Below the pieces are notes generated by a model. The model did not search any database and was not told the DNA's origin. It saw only the letters and a program-made list of their open reading frames with translations. Source: an uncultured bacterium (GTDB lineage: Bacteria > Planctomycetota > UBA1135 > UBA2386). From it: 64,000 nucleotides of DNA. The DNA lies in NCBI GenBank assembly GCA_937952215.1, contig CALFZH010000042.1, positions 43,840 to 107,839 on the forward strand. The letters are read 5' to 3'. Below are positions 35,536 to 44,816 of the stretch, in pieces. The translations under genes were made by a program, and so were the position numbers. Positions within the stretch are counted from its first letter, which is position 1. Every line of letters starts with the position of its first letter.

Positions 35536-37242
35536 TCAGTAGCTGCGGTCGCCGACGATCAGGCGAGCCCAGTTGCCCCACTGGGCCTCGGGGACGCTGA
35601 TGTTGACCTCGACCGCCTGCTCAAACAGGATGGCGCCGCGCAGCGAGCGGGTGGCCGGGAGGAACAGGTTCCACTCGAAGACACCAGCCGTCTCGAATCC
35701 CCAGATGACACCGGCGCCGGCACCCAGGTCCATGTTGATGAAGCAGCTGGGTCCGAGGGCGAACGGCCCAGGAGTGGTGTTCAGCGGGCAGAGCGTGGCG
35801 TAGCTGTGGAGGAAGACGCCGATCGTCCCCGGATCGAGGCCGGTGATGCGGCGCGAGAACACCTGGCCCTTCGTCGGGACCTCGTTGGCGTTGGTACGCG
35901 TGATGGTCGGGAACGGCGCGACGCCGCAGGACCCGTTGGCCGCGAAGATGCTGTAGACAGCGGCCGCGTACGGAGCGGGCAGGAGGTCGCTGACTTCGAG
36001 CGCGTAGTCACCCGTCTGGGCGGCAGTGGTGCCCGGGCTGACGACCTCGAGGTAGTAGGTCCCCGGCGCGAAGAACGAGAACGCGCCGCGGGCGTGGCTG
36101 GTCGGCGAGAGGATGTTGCCGGTAGTGACCGACGTCGGCGTGCCGAGCAGGTTGGTGCACGTGTCGAGCTGGACCAACCGGATGGTCGAGTCCAGCAGCG
36201 GCGTGCCGCTGGGGCCGCCGGCGAGCTGACGGGTCTGGAACAGCACCGTGTAGCCACCCGCCGGGATGACGAACGGGCCCCAGAAGTCGTTCGGGTCCGT
36301 GCCCGTGCTGTTGGTGACGTGGCCGGTGCCCGTCTGGCCGAAGGTCAGGGCCGTAGCCGTGCCGAACGTGCCGTTCGTGTTGGCGCCGACTGCGTCGGGC
36401 TCAGCGACGAGGCCGGCGGTGTTCAGCGGCAGGTGCTTGACTTCCAGCCGGTAGTTGCCGAGCGGCACCGGGTTGTAGCTCGGCGCCGCCGAGCGGGCGA
36501 CCACGCCGACGTAGTAGGTGCCGGCCGGCCAGACGCGGATCTGGCTGTTGCGGAAGGTGAACGATCCGCTGTCGATGGCGTTCGTGCCGAGCGTTCCGGT
36601 CGGCAAGAGCAGGGCGCCCGCGGCGTCATAGAACTGGATGCGGTGCTGGGAGGTCCAGGGGGTGTTGCCCTCGGTGACCTGGAACCAGAGTCCCGTGTCC
36701 TGCGTCAAGACGATGCGGTAGAGGTCGATGTCGCCCGCAGCGCCACGGTTTCCGTCGACCTGCTCGTCGGCGCCGAGCGTGTAGACGCCAGCGTCCCCGA
36801 TCAGATCGTTCGGCTCGACTTCAACCGACGTGAACCCCTTCAGCGGGTTCGCTCGCGACACGTCGAGAGCGTAGGCGCCCGCGGTGGTCGCCGAGAAGCC
36901 GAACACTCTGAGGAAGTAGCTGCCCGCCGCGAGGTTGATCGTGATGTCGCTCTGGAGGGAGCGCGAGTCGTCGTTGCCGGCGAGGATCGTGGTGCCGTCC
37001 GAAGCGATGAGCTCGAGCCTGGTGTCGGTGGTGCCGTTGATCGTGAAACGGTGCTGGCCACCCGGCGACGTGATCGAGAACCAGTCCGAGTCGCCAGCGG
37101 TCAGGGCGCCGCGGACCTCGTCACCGAGGGAGACGGCATTGGCCGTGCCAAACGTGTCGTTGGTCTCAGTCTCTGTGACGATGTTCTGAGCGAGCACCGG
37201 GGCGCTCAGTAGAAGAAGCGACGAGTAGGTGAGGAAACGCAT
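35536..37242 (-). CDS. Secreted protein with ~4 pre-peptidase-C-terminal (PPC)-like domains and shared C-terminal module
   Basis: Track ORF of 568 aa. Signal MRFLTYSSLLLLSAPVLAQ. Repeats begin ETNDTFGTANAVSLGDEVRGAL..DSDWFSI, EPNDLIGDAGVYTLG...DIDLYRI, NGTFGTATALTFG...DPNDFWGPF and end G-x-Y-x-L-x-V. C-terminal module: ...GPSCFINMD...FLPATRSLRGAILFEQAVE... Confidence 0.85.
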   Translation of the reverse strand: MRFLTYSSLLLLSAPVLAQNIVTETETNDTFGTANAVSLGDEVRGALTAGDSDWFSITSPGGQHRFTINGTTDTRLELIASDGTTILAGNDDSRSLQSDITINLAAGSYFLRVFGFSATTAGAYALDVSRANPLKGFTSVEVEPNDLIGDAGVYTLGADEQVDGNRGAAGDIDLYRIVLTQDTGLWFQVTEGNTPWTSQHRIQFYDAAGALLLPTGTLGTNAIDSGSFTFRNSQIRVWPAGTYYVGVVARSAAPSYNPVPLGNYRLEVKHLPLNTAGLVAEPDAVGANTNGTFGTATALTFGQTGTGHVTNSTGTDPNDFWGPFVIPAGGYTVLFQTRQLAGGPSGTPLLDSTIRLVQLDTCTNLLGTPTSVTTGNILSPTSHARGAFSFFAPGTYYLEVVSPGTTAAQTGDYALEVSDLLPAPYAAAVYSIFAANGSCGVAPFPTITRTNANEVPTKGQVFSRRITGLDPGTIGVFLHSYATLCPLNTTPGPFALGPSCFINMDLGAGAGVIWGFETAGVFEWNLFLPATRSLRGAILFEQAVEVNISVPEAQWGNWARLIVGDRSY

Positions 37243-37533
37243 TGCTAGCTATCCAGAAGTTGTGGAACAGGGAACCATGGTCCGGCTGCACGTTGCAGCC
37301 GGGGCCTGCGACGCAACGACGTCGCGAGCAGTAGACGAATGTAGCTGGTTCGACGGTTCCTTGCTTCGCGAAAGCGAACGTGCTGCAGACGTTTTCAAGC
37401 AGTCGGCGAGGCCGCGGTGCCAACGGCGTTTCGCCCTTGCGGTGCTGCGCATGGTGGAGCCACGCGCACCGCAATGCCACCGCCGCGAGTGCTCGCGCCA
37501 CGGAGCGTGTCGTGCGAAGAGGTGACGCCGAAC

Positions 37534-37851
37534 GCGTGCGTACGGCTCGCGCGCGTGCACCGCGATGACACCGGCCACGACGACGTGGTCGCGTCTTCGT
37601 GCAAGGGCCGCGGCTGCTGCGCGTCGCGCGGAGCGGCGCGCATGGTGGACACCGCAGCGTGGCGGTGCGATGCGATGATCCCCGAGATGTCGGTGCGTTC
37701 TCGAGTGCTGTCGCTGCCGAATCGAGCGCGCACGCAGCGCATGTGCGACGCGCCGTCGTGTGCGCTCGTGCGTTCGGTGCTCATGCGCACGGTGTCGGGC
37801 GTGTGCGAGCGAACGGCGGCGCGAGCGCGTCGCAACCGCGGCACGTGGCGA
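37534..37851 (+). mobile_element. Degenerate remnant of an IS91-family transposase (N-terminal zinc-binding region only)
   Basis: The first ~145 codons of track ORF 37417..40095 read ACVRLARVHRDDTGHDDVVASSCKGRGCCASRGAARMVDTAAWRCDAMIPEMSVRSRVLSLPNRARTQRM.... This matches the conserved IS91-family pattern as I recall it (FxRVRCxxCGHexLvAFSCKgRGFCPSCGaRRMxxTAAhLvDxViPxvPvRQWVLSxP). Three of the four zinc-ligand Cys are substituted. The remnant ends at the stop of the neighbouring kinase gene. Confidence 0.65.
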
Positions 37852-40800
37852 CTACTTGCCGAGTGCGTCGAGTCGCGCCTGCCACTGCGCGATCTCGGCT
37901 GCGCGCGCCGGGGACGAGTCGATCTTCGCCCACGCCGTGTGCAGATCGACGTGAGCCTGGGCGCAGGCGCGCGCCTCGCGCCCCTGCGTCTGCTTCGCCT
38001 CGGTGAGCAGGTTCCAGGCCTCGGCCAGCGTCGCCTCGGCCGCCGTGAAGTCTGCGGTGGTGGTGGCCAGCCCGGCCATCGCCCGACCGCGGCGCACCAG
38101 GAAGATCGGCAGGCTCGAGGTCGAACGGGCGGCAGCGAGGCGACGCATCGCGCCGTCGATCGGCTCGAGCAGGGCGAGTGCGTCCGCGTGGCGACCCTGC
38201 AGGTTGCGCAGATGCGCCAGCGAGATCCGTGTGACGAGCGTACCCGGATGTTCGGCGCCCTGCGTGCTCGTCTGCCGTTCGAGGGCCGGGCGCAGCATGT
38301 TCTCGGCGTCGTCGTAGCGCTGCAGCGTCATCAACACCGAGCCGAGGTTGTTCATGCCCTGCAGGGTGTACTGGTGGCTGTCGCCGAGCTTCGCCGCAAG
38401 GCGCGTCACGGCCTCGCGCAGTACCGGCTCCGCTTCGGCGTGGCGGTTGGACAGGTACAGCATCATCCCGAGGTTGTTGATCGAGGTGAGCGTCGCCGGG
38501 TGGTCGTCGCCGAGCAGGCGCCGGCGTCGTTCGAGCACGTCGCGCATCAACGGCTCAGCGGCGTCGTACTGTCGCCGGCTCAGCAGCAGGTTGGCGAGGT
38601 TGTTGCCCGAGCTCAGCGTCTCCGGATGGTCCGGGCCGCGCAGCCGCAGGCGCAGTTCGAGCGCTTCGCGGAGGAACGGCTCGGCTTCGTCGAGGCGCCC
38701 CTGCTCCTGCAGCAGCAGGCCGAGGTTGTTCATCGGCACCAGGGTGTTGAGGTGTTCGCGGCCGTAACGCCGCAGCCGTACCGCGAGCGCTTCGCGGAAC
38801 AGCGGCTCGGCGTCGCCCGGGCGGCCGAGGTCCTTCAGCAGCTGGCCGAGGTTGTTCAGCGAGCGCAGCGTGTCCGGGTGTTCTTCGCCGTGAAGGCGTC
38901 GGTACACCTCGAGTTGCTGGCGCAGCAACGGCTCGGCCGCCGCGAGCTTGCCGACATCCTGCAGCACGATCGCCAGGTTGTTGCCGGTGCCGAGCGTGTC
39001 GGGATGGTCGCTGCCCAGCGTCGCGCGGTACCCATCGTAGGCCTCCTGCAGCATCGGCTCCGCCTCGTCGAGCCTGCCGAGTTCGCCGAGCAGGTAGCCG
39101 AGGTTCTTCTGCACGGCCAGCGTGCGCTCGTGCGTCCTGCCATACACCTGCTGCGTCTTCGCCAGCGCCTCGCGATACCACGGCTCGGCCTCGGCGAACT
39201 GGCCCTGGCTGCGCATGGCCAACGCGGTGTTGTTGATCGCGCGCAGCGTGAACGGCGCCAGCTCGCCAAGCGTGCGCCGCGCCGTCGCCAGCGCCTCGTC
39301 GACGAGTGCGCGTTCGGCCGCCGCGTCGCCGCGGTCGTGCTGCAAGAGCGCCAGATCTTCGATCGCCAGCAGGGTGCCGAGATGGTCGTTGCCCAACTCG
39401 GTGCGCAGGGTCGCCAACGCAGTGCTCATCAGCGGCAGCGCGTCGTCGTACATGCCCAACCCCCGATAGAGGTTGGCCAACACCTGCCGCATCGAGGCCG
39501 CAAGCGTCGGCTGTTCGGCGAACGTGCGCTCGACCGCCGCCGTCGCGGGGCGCAGGATCGTGTGGTCGATCACCGTGCGGGCGAGGTCGGTGGCATTGAG
39601 GCGCTGCCAGCCATCCCGCCACTCCGTCACCATGCGTTCGCGTACGGGCGGCGGCAGTTCGGCCTTCGCCATCGCCGCGTCGAACTTCGCCAGCACCTCG
39701 TCGGTCAGCTGCATGCCGGCGCGGGTGACGTCGACCTGTTCGAGCATCGATCCCTGGAAATCGACGACCAGCTGCAGTTCGGCGGCGCGCTTCTGCGTGG
39801 CCGTCTCGGCGAGGCCGGCGCGCCGAGCCTCTGCGCTGGCGATGCTCGCCTGCCACGCGAACGCGACCACCCCGGCCACGAGCGATGCCGCGAGCAGGCT
39901 CCCCGCGACGACCGGGCCGCGGTGCCGACGCACGAACTTGCGCAGCCGGTAGGCGCGGCTCGGCGGGGCCGCGACCACCGGGTCGCCGGCGAGATGGCGG
40001 GCGATGTCGGCGGCGAGGCTGTCGGCGGTGCCGTAACGACGGGCGCGGTCCTTCTCGAGCGCCATCATCACGATCCAATCCAGGTCGCCGCGTAGCAGCA
40101 GGCCGAGGCGTCTCGGCTCCACTCGCCGGTGCGCGGCGATGTTCGCCAACAACTCGTGCGACTCACTCAGGCGGGTCGACGGGCGCGGCGGGTCGACTTC
40201 GCGGATCAGCCGCTGGACCTCGCCGAGCATCGCATCCTGCAGGGTCCGGCGATCGAACGGGGTGCTGCCGGTGAGCAGTTCGTACAGCAGCACGCCGAGC
40301 GAGTAGACGTCGGTGCGCGTGTCGATGTCGAGCGAGCCCGCCGCCTGTTCGGGGCTCATGTACTGCAGCGTGCCGATGACCTGCTGGTGTTCGGTGAACA
40401 GCGTCTTGTCGGTCAGCTTCTGCGAGGTCGCCTTGGCGATGCCGAAGTCGATCACCTTGGCCACCGCGCGGCCGTCCTGCGTGGCGACCAGCACGTTCGA
40501 TGGCTTGAGGTCGCGATGGATGATGCCCTTGCCGTGCGCGTGCTGCACCGCATGGCACACCTGCACGAACAGGGCGAGGCGCTCGTCGATCGTCAGCCGG
40601 TTCTTGTCGCAGTACTCGACGATCGGTGCGCCCTTCACCAGGTCCATCACGAAGTAGGGGCGGCCCGTGGCGGTGGCACCGGCATCGAGCACGCGCGCGA
40701 TGTTCGGATGGTCCATCAAGGCGAGGGCCTGACGTTCCTGTTCGAACCGCGCGATCACCTGGCGCGTGTCCATGCCGAGCTTGACGATCTTGAGGGCAAC

Positions 40801-41121
40801 CCTGCGCGCGACCGGTTGCTCCTGCTCGGCGAGGAACACCACACCGAAGCCGCCCTCGCCGATCTGCTGCAGCAGCTTGTAGGGGCCGATGCGCGTGCCC
40901 GGGCCTTCGCCGGCGGCCGCACTCGGCGGCGCGATGGTGGGGCCGAGGCCGGTCGGGCCCGCGAGGAACTGCTCGTCGTCGGCGGCCGCCAGCATCGCCA
41001 GCACGCGCTGCTGCAGCGCCGAGTCGTCGGCGCAGGCCTCGGCGAGGAACCGAGCGCGCTCGGCGGCGGGTACGTCGAGGGCGCGGTCGAACAACTGGCG
41101 AAGTCGCTGGTTGCCGGTCAT
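37852..41121 (-). CDS. Ser/Thr protein kinase with TM segment and TPR-repeat C-terminal region
   Basis: Track ORF of 1089 aa. Kinase motifs GEGGFGVVFLAEQ, VALKIV, HRDLKPSNVLV, DFGIA, YMSPEQ. TM helix VVAGSLLAASLVAGVVAFAW. About 10 or more TPR-like units of 42 aa (LGxxHPDTLxSxNNLAxLLxxxGxxxEAEPLxRxAL). Confidence 0.9.
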   Translation of the reverse strand: MTGNQRLRQLFDRALDVPAAERARFLAEACADDSALQQRVLAMLAAADDEQFLAGPTGLGPTIAPPSAAAGEGPGTRIGPYKLLQQIGEGGFGVVFLAEQEQPVARRVALKIVKLGMDTRQVIARFEQERQALALMDHPNIARVLDAGATATGRPYFVMDLVKGAPIVEYCDKNRLTIDERLALFVQVCHAVQHAHGKGIIHRDLKPSNVLVATQDGRAVAKVIDFGIAKATSQKLTDKTLFTEHQQVIGTLQYMSPEQAAGSLDIDTRTDVYSLGVLLYELLTGSTPFDRRTLQDAMLGEVQRLIREVDPPRPSTRLSESHELLANIAAHRRVEPRRLGLLLRGDLDWIVMMALEKDRARRYGTADSLAADIARHLAGDPVVAAPPSRAYRLRKFVRRHRGPVVAGSLLAASLVAGVVAFAWQASIASAEARRAGLAETATQKRAAELQLVVDFQGSMLEQVDVTRAGMQLTDEVLAKFDAAMAKAELPPPVRERMVTEWRDGWQRLNATDLARTVIDHTILRPATAAVERTFAEQPTLAASMRQVLANLYRGLGMYDDALPLMSTALATLRTELGNDHLGTLLAIEDLALLQHDRGDAAAERALVDEALATARRTLGELAPFTLRAINNTALAMRSQGQFAEAEPWYREALAKTQQVYGRTHERTLAVQKNLGYLLGELGRLDEAEPMLQEAYDGYRATLGSDHPDTLGTGNNLAIVLQDVGKLAAAEPLLRQQLEVYRRLHGEEHPDTLRSLNNLGQLLKDLGRPGDAEPLFREALAVRLRRYGREHLNTLVPMNNLGLLLQEQGRLDEAEPFLREALELRLRLRGPDHPETLSSGNNLANLLLSRRQYDAAEPLMRDVLERRRRLLGDDHPATLTSINNLGMMLYLSNRHAEAEPVLREAVTRLAAKLGDSHQYTLQGMNNLGSVLMTLQRYDDAENMLRPALERQTSTQGAEHPGTLVTRISLAHLRNLQGRHADALALLEPIDGAMRRLAAARSTSSLPIFLVRRGRAMAGLATTTADFTAAEATLAEAWNLLTEAKQTQGREARACAQAHVDLHTAWAKIDSSPARAAEIAQWQARLDALGK

Positions 41122-41338
41122 GGGGCGAACGGTGACGAGAACAGCGTGCGATCGCCATGCTGCGGATCACGTTTCCGGGATTCGTCCATCGAGCTGCCGC
41201 CGACGACCGTGTCCGTCGTGAGTGCCTCGAACGGGTCGCTGCGGTGGGCGAGCCGACGTGTCCGCTGGTGGTCGTTCTCGCCGAAGGGCGTTCTCGATCA
41301 GCCTCTGGGGCAAGCGCGCTCCCCGCGCCTGCCGCACT

Positions 41339-43774
41339 TCACCGCTGCGCGAGGTCGATGCGACCCTCGACGTCCTTGTAGTCGGGACCGATCGTGAACT
41401 CGGCTGCGCCCTGCAGTCCGTCGTCGGTGGAGTACTCGATGCGCCAGGTTCCCGGCTTTGCCGCTATCACCACGGGGTAGGGCCGGATGTCGTTCTCATA
41501 CTCGCCGTTGCGTTCGACGAGCAGCGTGCCGTCACTGCCGGTCACGCGATAGCGCCACGTCTTGCTGCCCTGGTGCCCGCTCGGCCACCACACGCCGAGT
41601 CGGGCCAGTGCGCAGCGGCGCACTTCGACGGTCGCGGTGCCCGTGACGCCAGCCTGCACCGTCGCTTTCGTCTTGCGGTACTCGAGGCCGGAGCCGAAGC
41701 ACGAGACTTCGTACTCCCCGGGGGTCAGGTTCTCGGCGAGGTACTCGGTGGCGTTGCGGAGGGTGATGATCGACGAGCCGGTACCCGGGTCGCCGTCGCG
41801 GCGAAGCACGATCTTCGGCTCGAGGTTCGCTGCGTTCGCGTCGCGATCGATGGTGATGCGCAGAGCGCCGCCTGGTTCGGTGACCAGCACGCCCGCATCG
41901 ACCGTGGCGGCAGCGACCACCTCGAACCAGTCCGACACCGCGAGCACCGAGGTGCCTTCGACGAGCGACACGCGACAGCGTCCTGGCTCGATGTCCTTGA
42001 TGCGGAACGCACCGTCCTTGATCTCCGCGCCCTCGCGCCAGGAGGCGTTGCCGATGTGCAGCGTGACCGTGGCGGCGCGTGGATTGCGGATGCGGCCGCC
42101 GCGGTCGTCGATGCGGCCCGTGACCACGCCGGGCTCGACCTTGGCCGGTTTGTCGAAGTCGGCGCGTATCTCGACCTTGCCCTGGTCGGGCACCAGACCG
42201 CCGCGGCTGATGAAGCCAGCGCCGCCGGTCGGGAGCCACACCTGGACACGCAGCGAGTACGTCGATGCCTCGAGGCAGCAGAAGCGGAAGCCGGCATCCC
42301 GATTCGTGTCGAAGGTCTGCGAGGCGCCCGATCGCTCGTCCGTGAGCGTCACGAACAGGTCCGGGAACGGGAACCCGTCGCGGTAGAGCACGATGCCGCT
42401 GATGGTGCGGCCTTCGTCGAGCACGGGGTTCCATTCCGTGTCGCTGCCGGGCGCGATCTCGAGAACCTGCTGCGCCGAGACCAGCGTCTTGGCGGTGCCG
42501 GAGGTGCGGTCGCGCTGTTCCTGCGCGAACACGTGCGCGGTGCCCGGCGTGATGCCTTCGAGGCGGTAGTTGCCCTCGGCATCGCTGTGCGTGCCGAGGT
42601 GTCCGAACTCCACGTCGAAGTCGATCTGGCCACCGGCCAGGAAGTCCGTTTCCGGCGCGCGATCGTAGGCGCGGATCGTGGCTCCGGCGCTCGGCTTGCC
42701 GTCGCCATCGGTGACGCGGCCATGGATCGTGCCCGCGACCTGCAGTGCGACCTCGATCGTCGTCGGCGCATCCGCCGCGATCGTCACCTCGGATCGCCAG
42801 AACCCGAAACCCGCAGCGCGTGCGGACACCGGCTGCTTGCCGGTCTCGAGCCCGTCGATGGCGAAGCGGCCATCGGCATCGGTCCTTGCGTGACGACCGG
42901 TCCATTGGGCGATGAGCTTGCCGCCGCGGTGCTCGAGGTGCTTCGGGAAGACCCCGGCGACGACGATCGCTCCGGCGATCGGCGCACCGGCGCTGTCGCA
43001 CACGCGGCCCATCAAGCTGCCGCCGGACGGAGTCAGCTGCAGTGTGATCTCGGTCGAAGGCTTCGACGTGTCGATGGAGCCGAGGTCGATTAGTGGCGAG
43101 GGACCGAAGCCCGCGGCGATCGCGCCCAGCGAGGCGCTCGTCGGCGCGTGCGGCAGCTCGAAGGTGCCGTTGGCGTCGGCGGTGGCGATCGATCGGCCGT
43201 TCCACCACGACTGGCCTGCGGTCTGCTGCCAGATCGTCGCTCCGGCGACCGCGCGGCCGGTCGGATCGACCACCTTGCCGCGCACGTTCCCTCCAGCCTT
43301 CAACTGGAAGCGATACTCGTTGTCGCCCGGTGCGATCTCGACCGTTGCGCTGTCGCCGCGATCCGCCCTGACCTGCAGCTTGCCGAGCGGGACCTCGGTG
43401 AAGAGCACGACACCGTTGGCGTCGGTCAAGCCCTGCGCGAACGGCTCGAACGACTGCGCGTAGCCGCGGTGGCGAAGGAAGACGCCGACGTCGGCAGCCG
43501 GCTGCGAATCGGGCCAGAGTGCGAGGACTCGCAGCGTGGCCTTCTGGGCGGTGGTCTTCGTCTCGTCCGGACTCGTTGGCGCCGCGATGCGCGACGCTTC
43601 GGGACTAGGACGATCGGATCCAGCGATGAGCGTGCCGGTGCCGGGCGCGCCGGTCGGTGCCGTGGAATCAGGAACGGGTGCTGGCTCGCCCAGGCCGAAG
43701 CCCTGCAGCAGCCAGAATGCGGCGACGGCGAGGAGGACGAGCAACGCGCAGACGATCGAGCGTTTCGCGGACAT
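41339..43774 (-). CDS. Single-pass membrane protein with multiple carboxypeptidase-regulatory-like (CarboxypepD_reg) domains
   Basis: Track ORF of 811 aa. N-terminal TM MSAKRSIVCALLVLLAVAAFWLL. Repeated units of the type VRGKVVDPTGRAVAGATIW...ADANGTFEL, LMGRVCDSAGAPIAGAIVV...TDADGRFAIDGL, IHGRVTDGDGKPSAGATIRA...SDAEGNYRLEGI. Confidence 0.85.
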   Translation of the reverse strand: MSAKRSIVCALLVLLAVAAFWLLQGFGLGEPAPVPDSTAPTGAPGTGTLIAGSDRPSPEASRIAAPTSPDETKTTAQKATLRVLALWPDSQPAADVGVFLRHRGYAQSFEPFAQGLTDANGVVLFTEVPLGKLQVRADRGDSATVEIAPGDNEYRFQLKAGGNVRGKVVDPTGRAVAGATIWQQTAGQSWWNGRSIATADANGTFELPHAPTSASLGAIAAGFGPSPLIDLGSIDTSKPSTEITLQLTPSGGSLMGRVCDSAGAPIAGAIVVAGVFPKHLEHRGGKLIAQWTGRHARTDADGRFAIDGLETGKQPVSARAAGFGFWRSEVTIAADAPTTIEVALQVAGTIHGRVTDGDGKPSAGATIRAYDRAPETDFLAGGQIDFDVEFGHLGTHSDAEGNYRLEGITPGTAHVFAQEQRDRTSGTAKTLVSAQQVLEIAPGSDTEWNPVLDEGRTISGIVLYRDGFPFPDLFVTLTDERSGASQTFDTNRDAGFRFCCLEASTYSLRVQVWLPTGGAGFISRGGLVPDQGKVEIRADFDKPAKVEPGVVTGRIDDRGGRIRNPRAATVTLHIGNASWREGAEIKDGAFRIKDIEPGRCRVSLVEGTSVLAVSDWFEVVAAATVDAGVLVTEPGGALRITIDRDANAANLEPKIVLRRDGDPGTGSSIITLRNATEYLAENLTPGEYEVSCFGSGLEYRKTKATVQAGVTGTATVEVRRCALARLGVWWPSGHQGSKTWRYRVTGSDGTLLVERNGEYENDIRPYPVVIAAKPGTWRIEYSTDDGLQGAAEFTIGPDYKDVEGRIDLAQR

Positions 43775-43797
43775 GAAGCCTCCGACGGCGGCGCAGG

Positions 43798-43909
43798 CTA
43801 CGCGCTGCCTTGGCTGGATGCTGCTGCCGGTCGGGGGGGAGGGCGCACGGTGCCGACCGGCACTTCGAGGCTGCGCGCGATGTCGATCGGACGCAGCCCA
43901 TGCACGCCC
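43798..43909 (-). pseudogene. Remnant of an ECF sigma factor (region 4.2 HTH only)
   Basis: The last codons of track ORF 43798..44430 read EGVHGLRPIDIARSLEVPVGTVRPPPRP... and then stop. GLxxxEIAxxLxVPxGTV is the region 4.2 helix-turn-helix signature. No region 2 lies upstream, where the lipoprotein gene ends at 43910. The homology breaks at a G7 tract. Confidence 0.55.
43833..43839. repeat. G7 (C7 on the coding strand) homopolymer tract at the break point of the sigma remnant
   Basis: The sequence tcggggggga was read directly at 43831-43840. Adding one G would join the remnant frame to the frame of the downstream 811-aa ORF (hand check). Confidence 0.8.
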
Positions 43910-44725
43910 TCAGAGGAAGACCGCGAAGCCCGCGAGCAGAAACGCCAGGAAGTCGAAGTGCTCGTCCTCGGCCAACGGGTAGGCGGTGACTTGCCAGCCG
44001 TCGATGGTTCGCGCGCTCGCGGAACCAACCGCCTGACGTTCGCAGAAAGCGCGCCAACTGGGCGGCAGCGGCAAGCGGTGGGCGACGGCGAGCTGCGTCG
44101 GGGTGCGTTGCACCCAGGTGACCAACGGCTGATCGGGCACGGGCCGCCCCCAGTACGTGCGATCTGCGGGTCGCGGTTGCACGGCGACGGCATGCGTGGC
44201 GCTGCCGGGCACCAGTTCCATCTCCGGGAATGGTGCGAGCAGATCCGCCAGACGCGTGCGACGTTGCATGGCCGTCTCCAGCAAGGGCCGGTCGAAGGAG
44301 TAGACGAAGAAGCGGTCCTCGACCCATGCGAACCACATCGCCTCGTCGGTGCGCATGTCCGAGATGTGGTCCCGCCACAGCGGGGCTCCGGCGACGACGG
44401 CGTCCGGCCTGCGGTCCTGCCGACCCACATCGATCGGCTGCGTGCCGGGCCGGTACTCGACTACGACGACCCCGTGGAAGCGGCCGACGCCGATATCCTC
44501 GGGTGGCTCGAACCGGGCGGCCGCCAGCGCCCAGCGAATGCGTCCATCGGTCGGTTCCTCTGGCAGCTGGTAGGGTGCGGCGGAAAAGGCGACGCTCTCG
44601 AGATCGACCGGGAGGAACCGTGCGGCGTCGGCGAACGGTTCGAGCATGGACGGCGGGGGCGCAGTGCACGCCGCTGCCAGCGCGAAGGCCAGCGGGACGA
44701 GCGACGGTTGCCGTTGGTGACGCAC
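43910..44725 (-). CDS. Lipoprotein, function unknown
   Basis: Track ORF of 271 aa: MRHQRQPSLVPLAFALAAACTAPPP (signal plus lipobox LAAAC). The body is globular and the C-terminal tail is hydrophobic (FDFLAFLLAGFAVFL). Confidence 0.75.
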   Translation of the reverse strand: MRHQRQPSLVPLAFALAAACTAPPPSMLEPFADAARFLPVDLESVAFSAAPYQLPEEPTDGRIRWALAAARFEPPEDIGVGRFHGVVVVEYRPGTQPIDVGRQDRRPDAVVAGAPLWRDHISDMRTDEAMWFAWVEDRFFVYSFDRPLLETAMQRRTRLADLLAPFPEMELVPGSATHAVAVQPRPADRTYWGRPVPDQPLVTWVQRTPTQLAVAHRLPLPPSWRAFCERQAVGSASARTIDGWQVTAYPLAEDEHFDFLAFLLAGFAVFL

Positions 44726-44816
44726 TGCGGGGCCTCGGCGCGAACACGGCGATCGTATCGAAGCCAGTTGGCACGGGCTCGGATCGACCGCCGGCGGATC
44801 GCCCCCAGCGGTCGTC

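Noticed and set aside
37417-40095. 892-aa plus-strand ORF
   Set aside because: Beyond its first ~145 codons (the IS91-like remnant) it is antisense to the TPR Ser/Thr kinase and is Arg/Ala/Gln-rich junk. It is not a gene as a whole.
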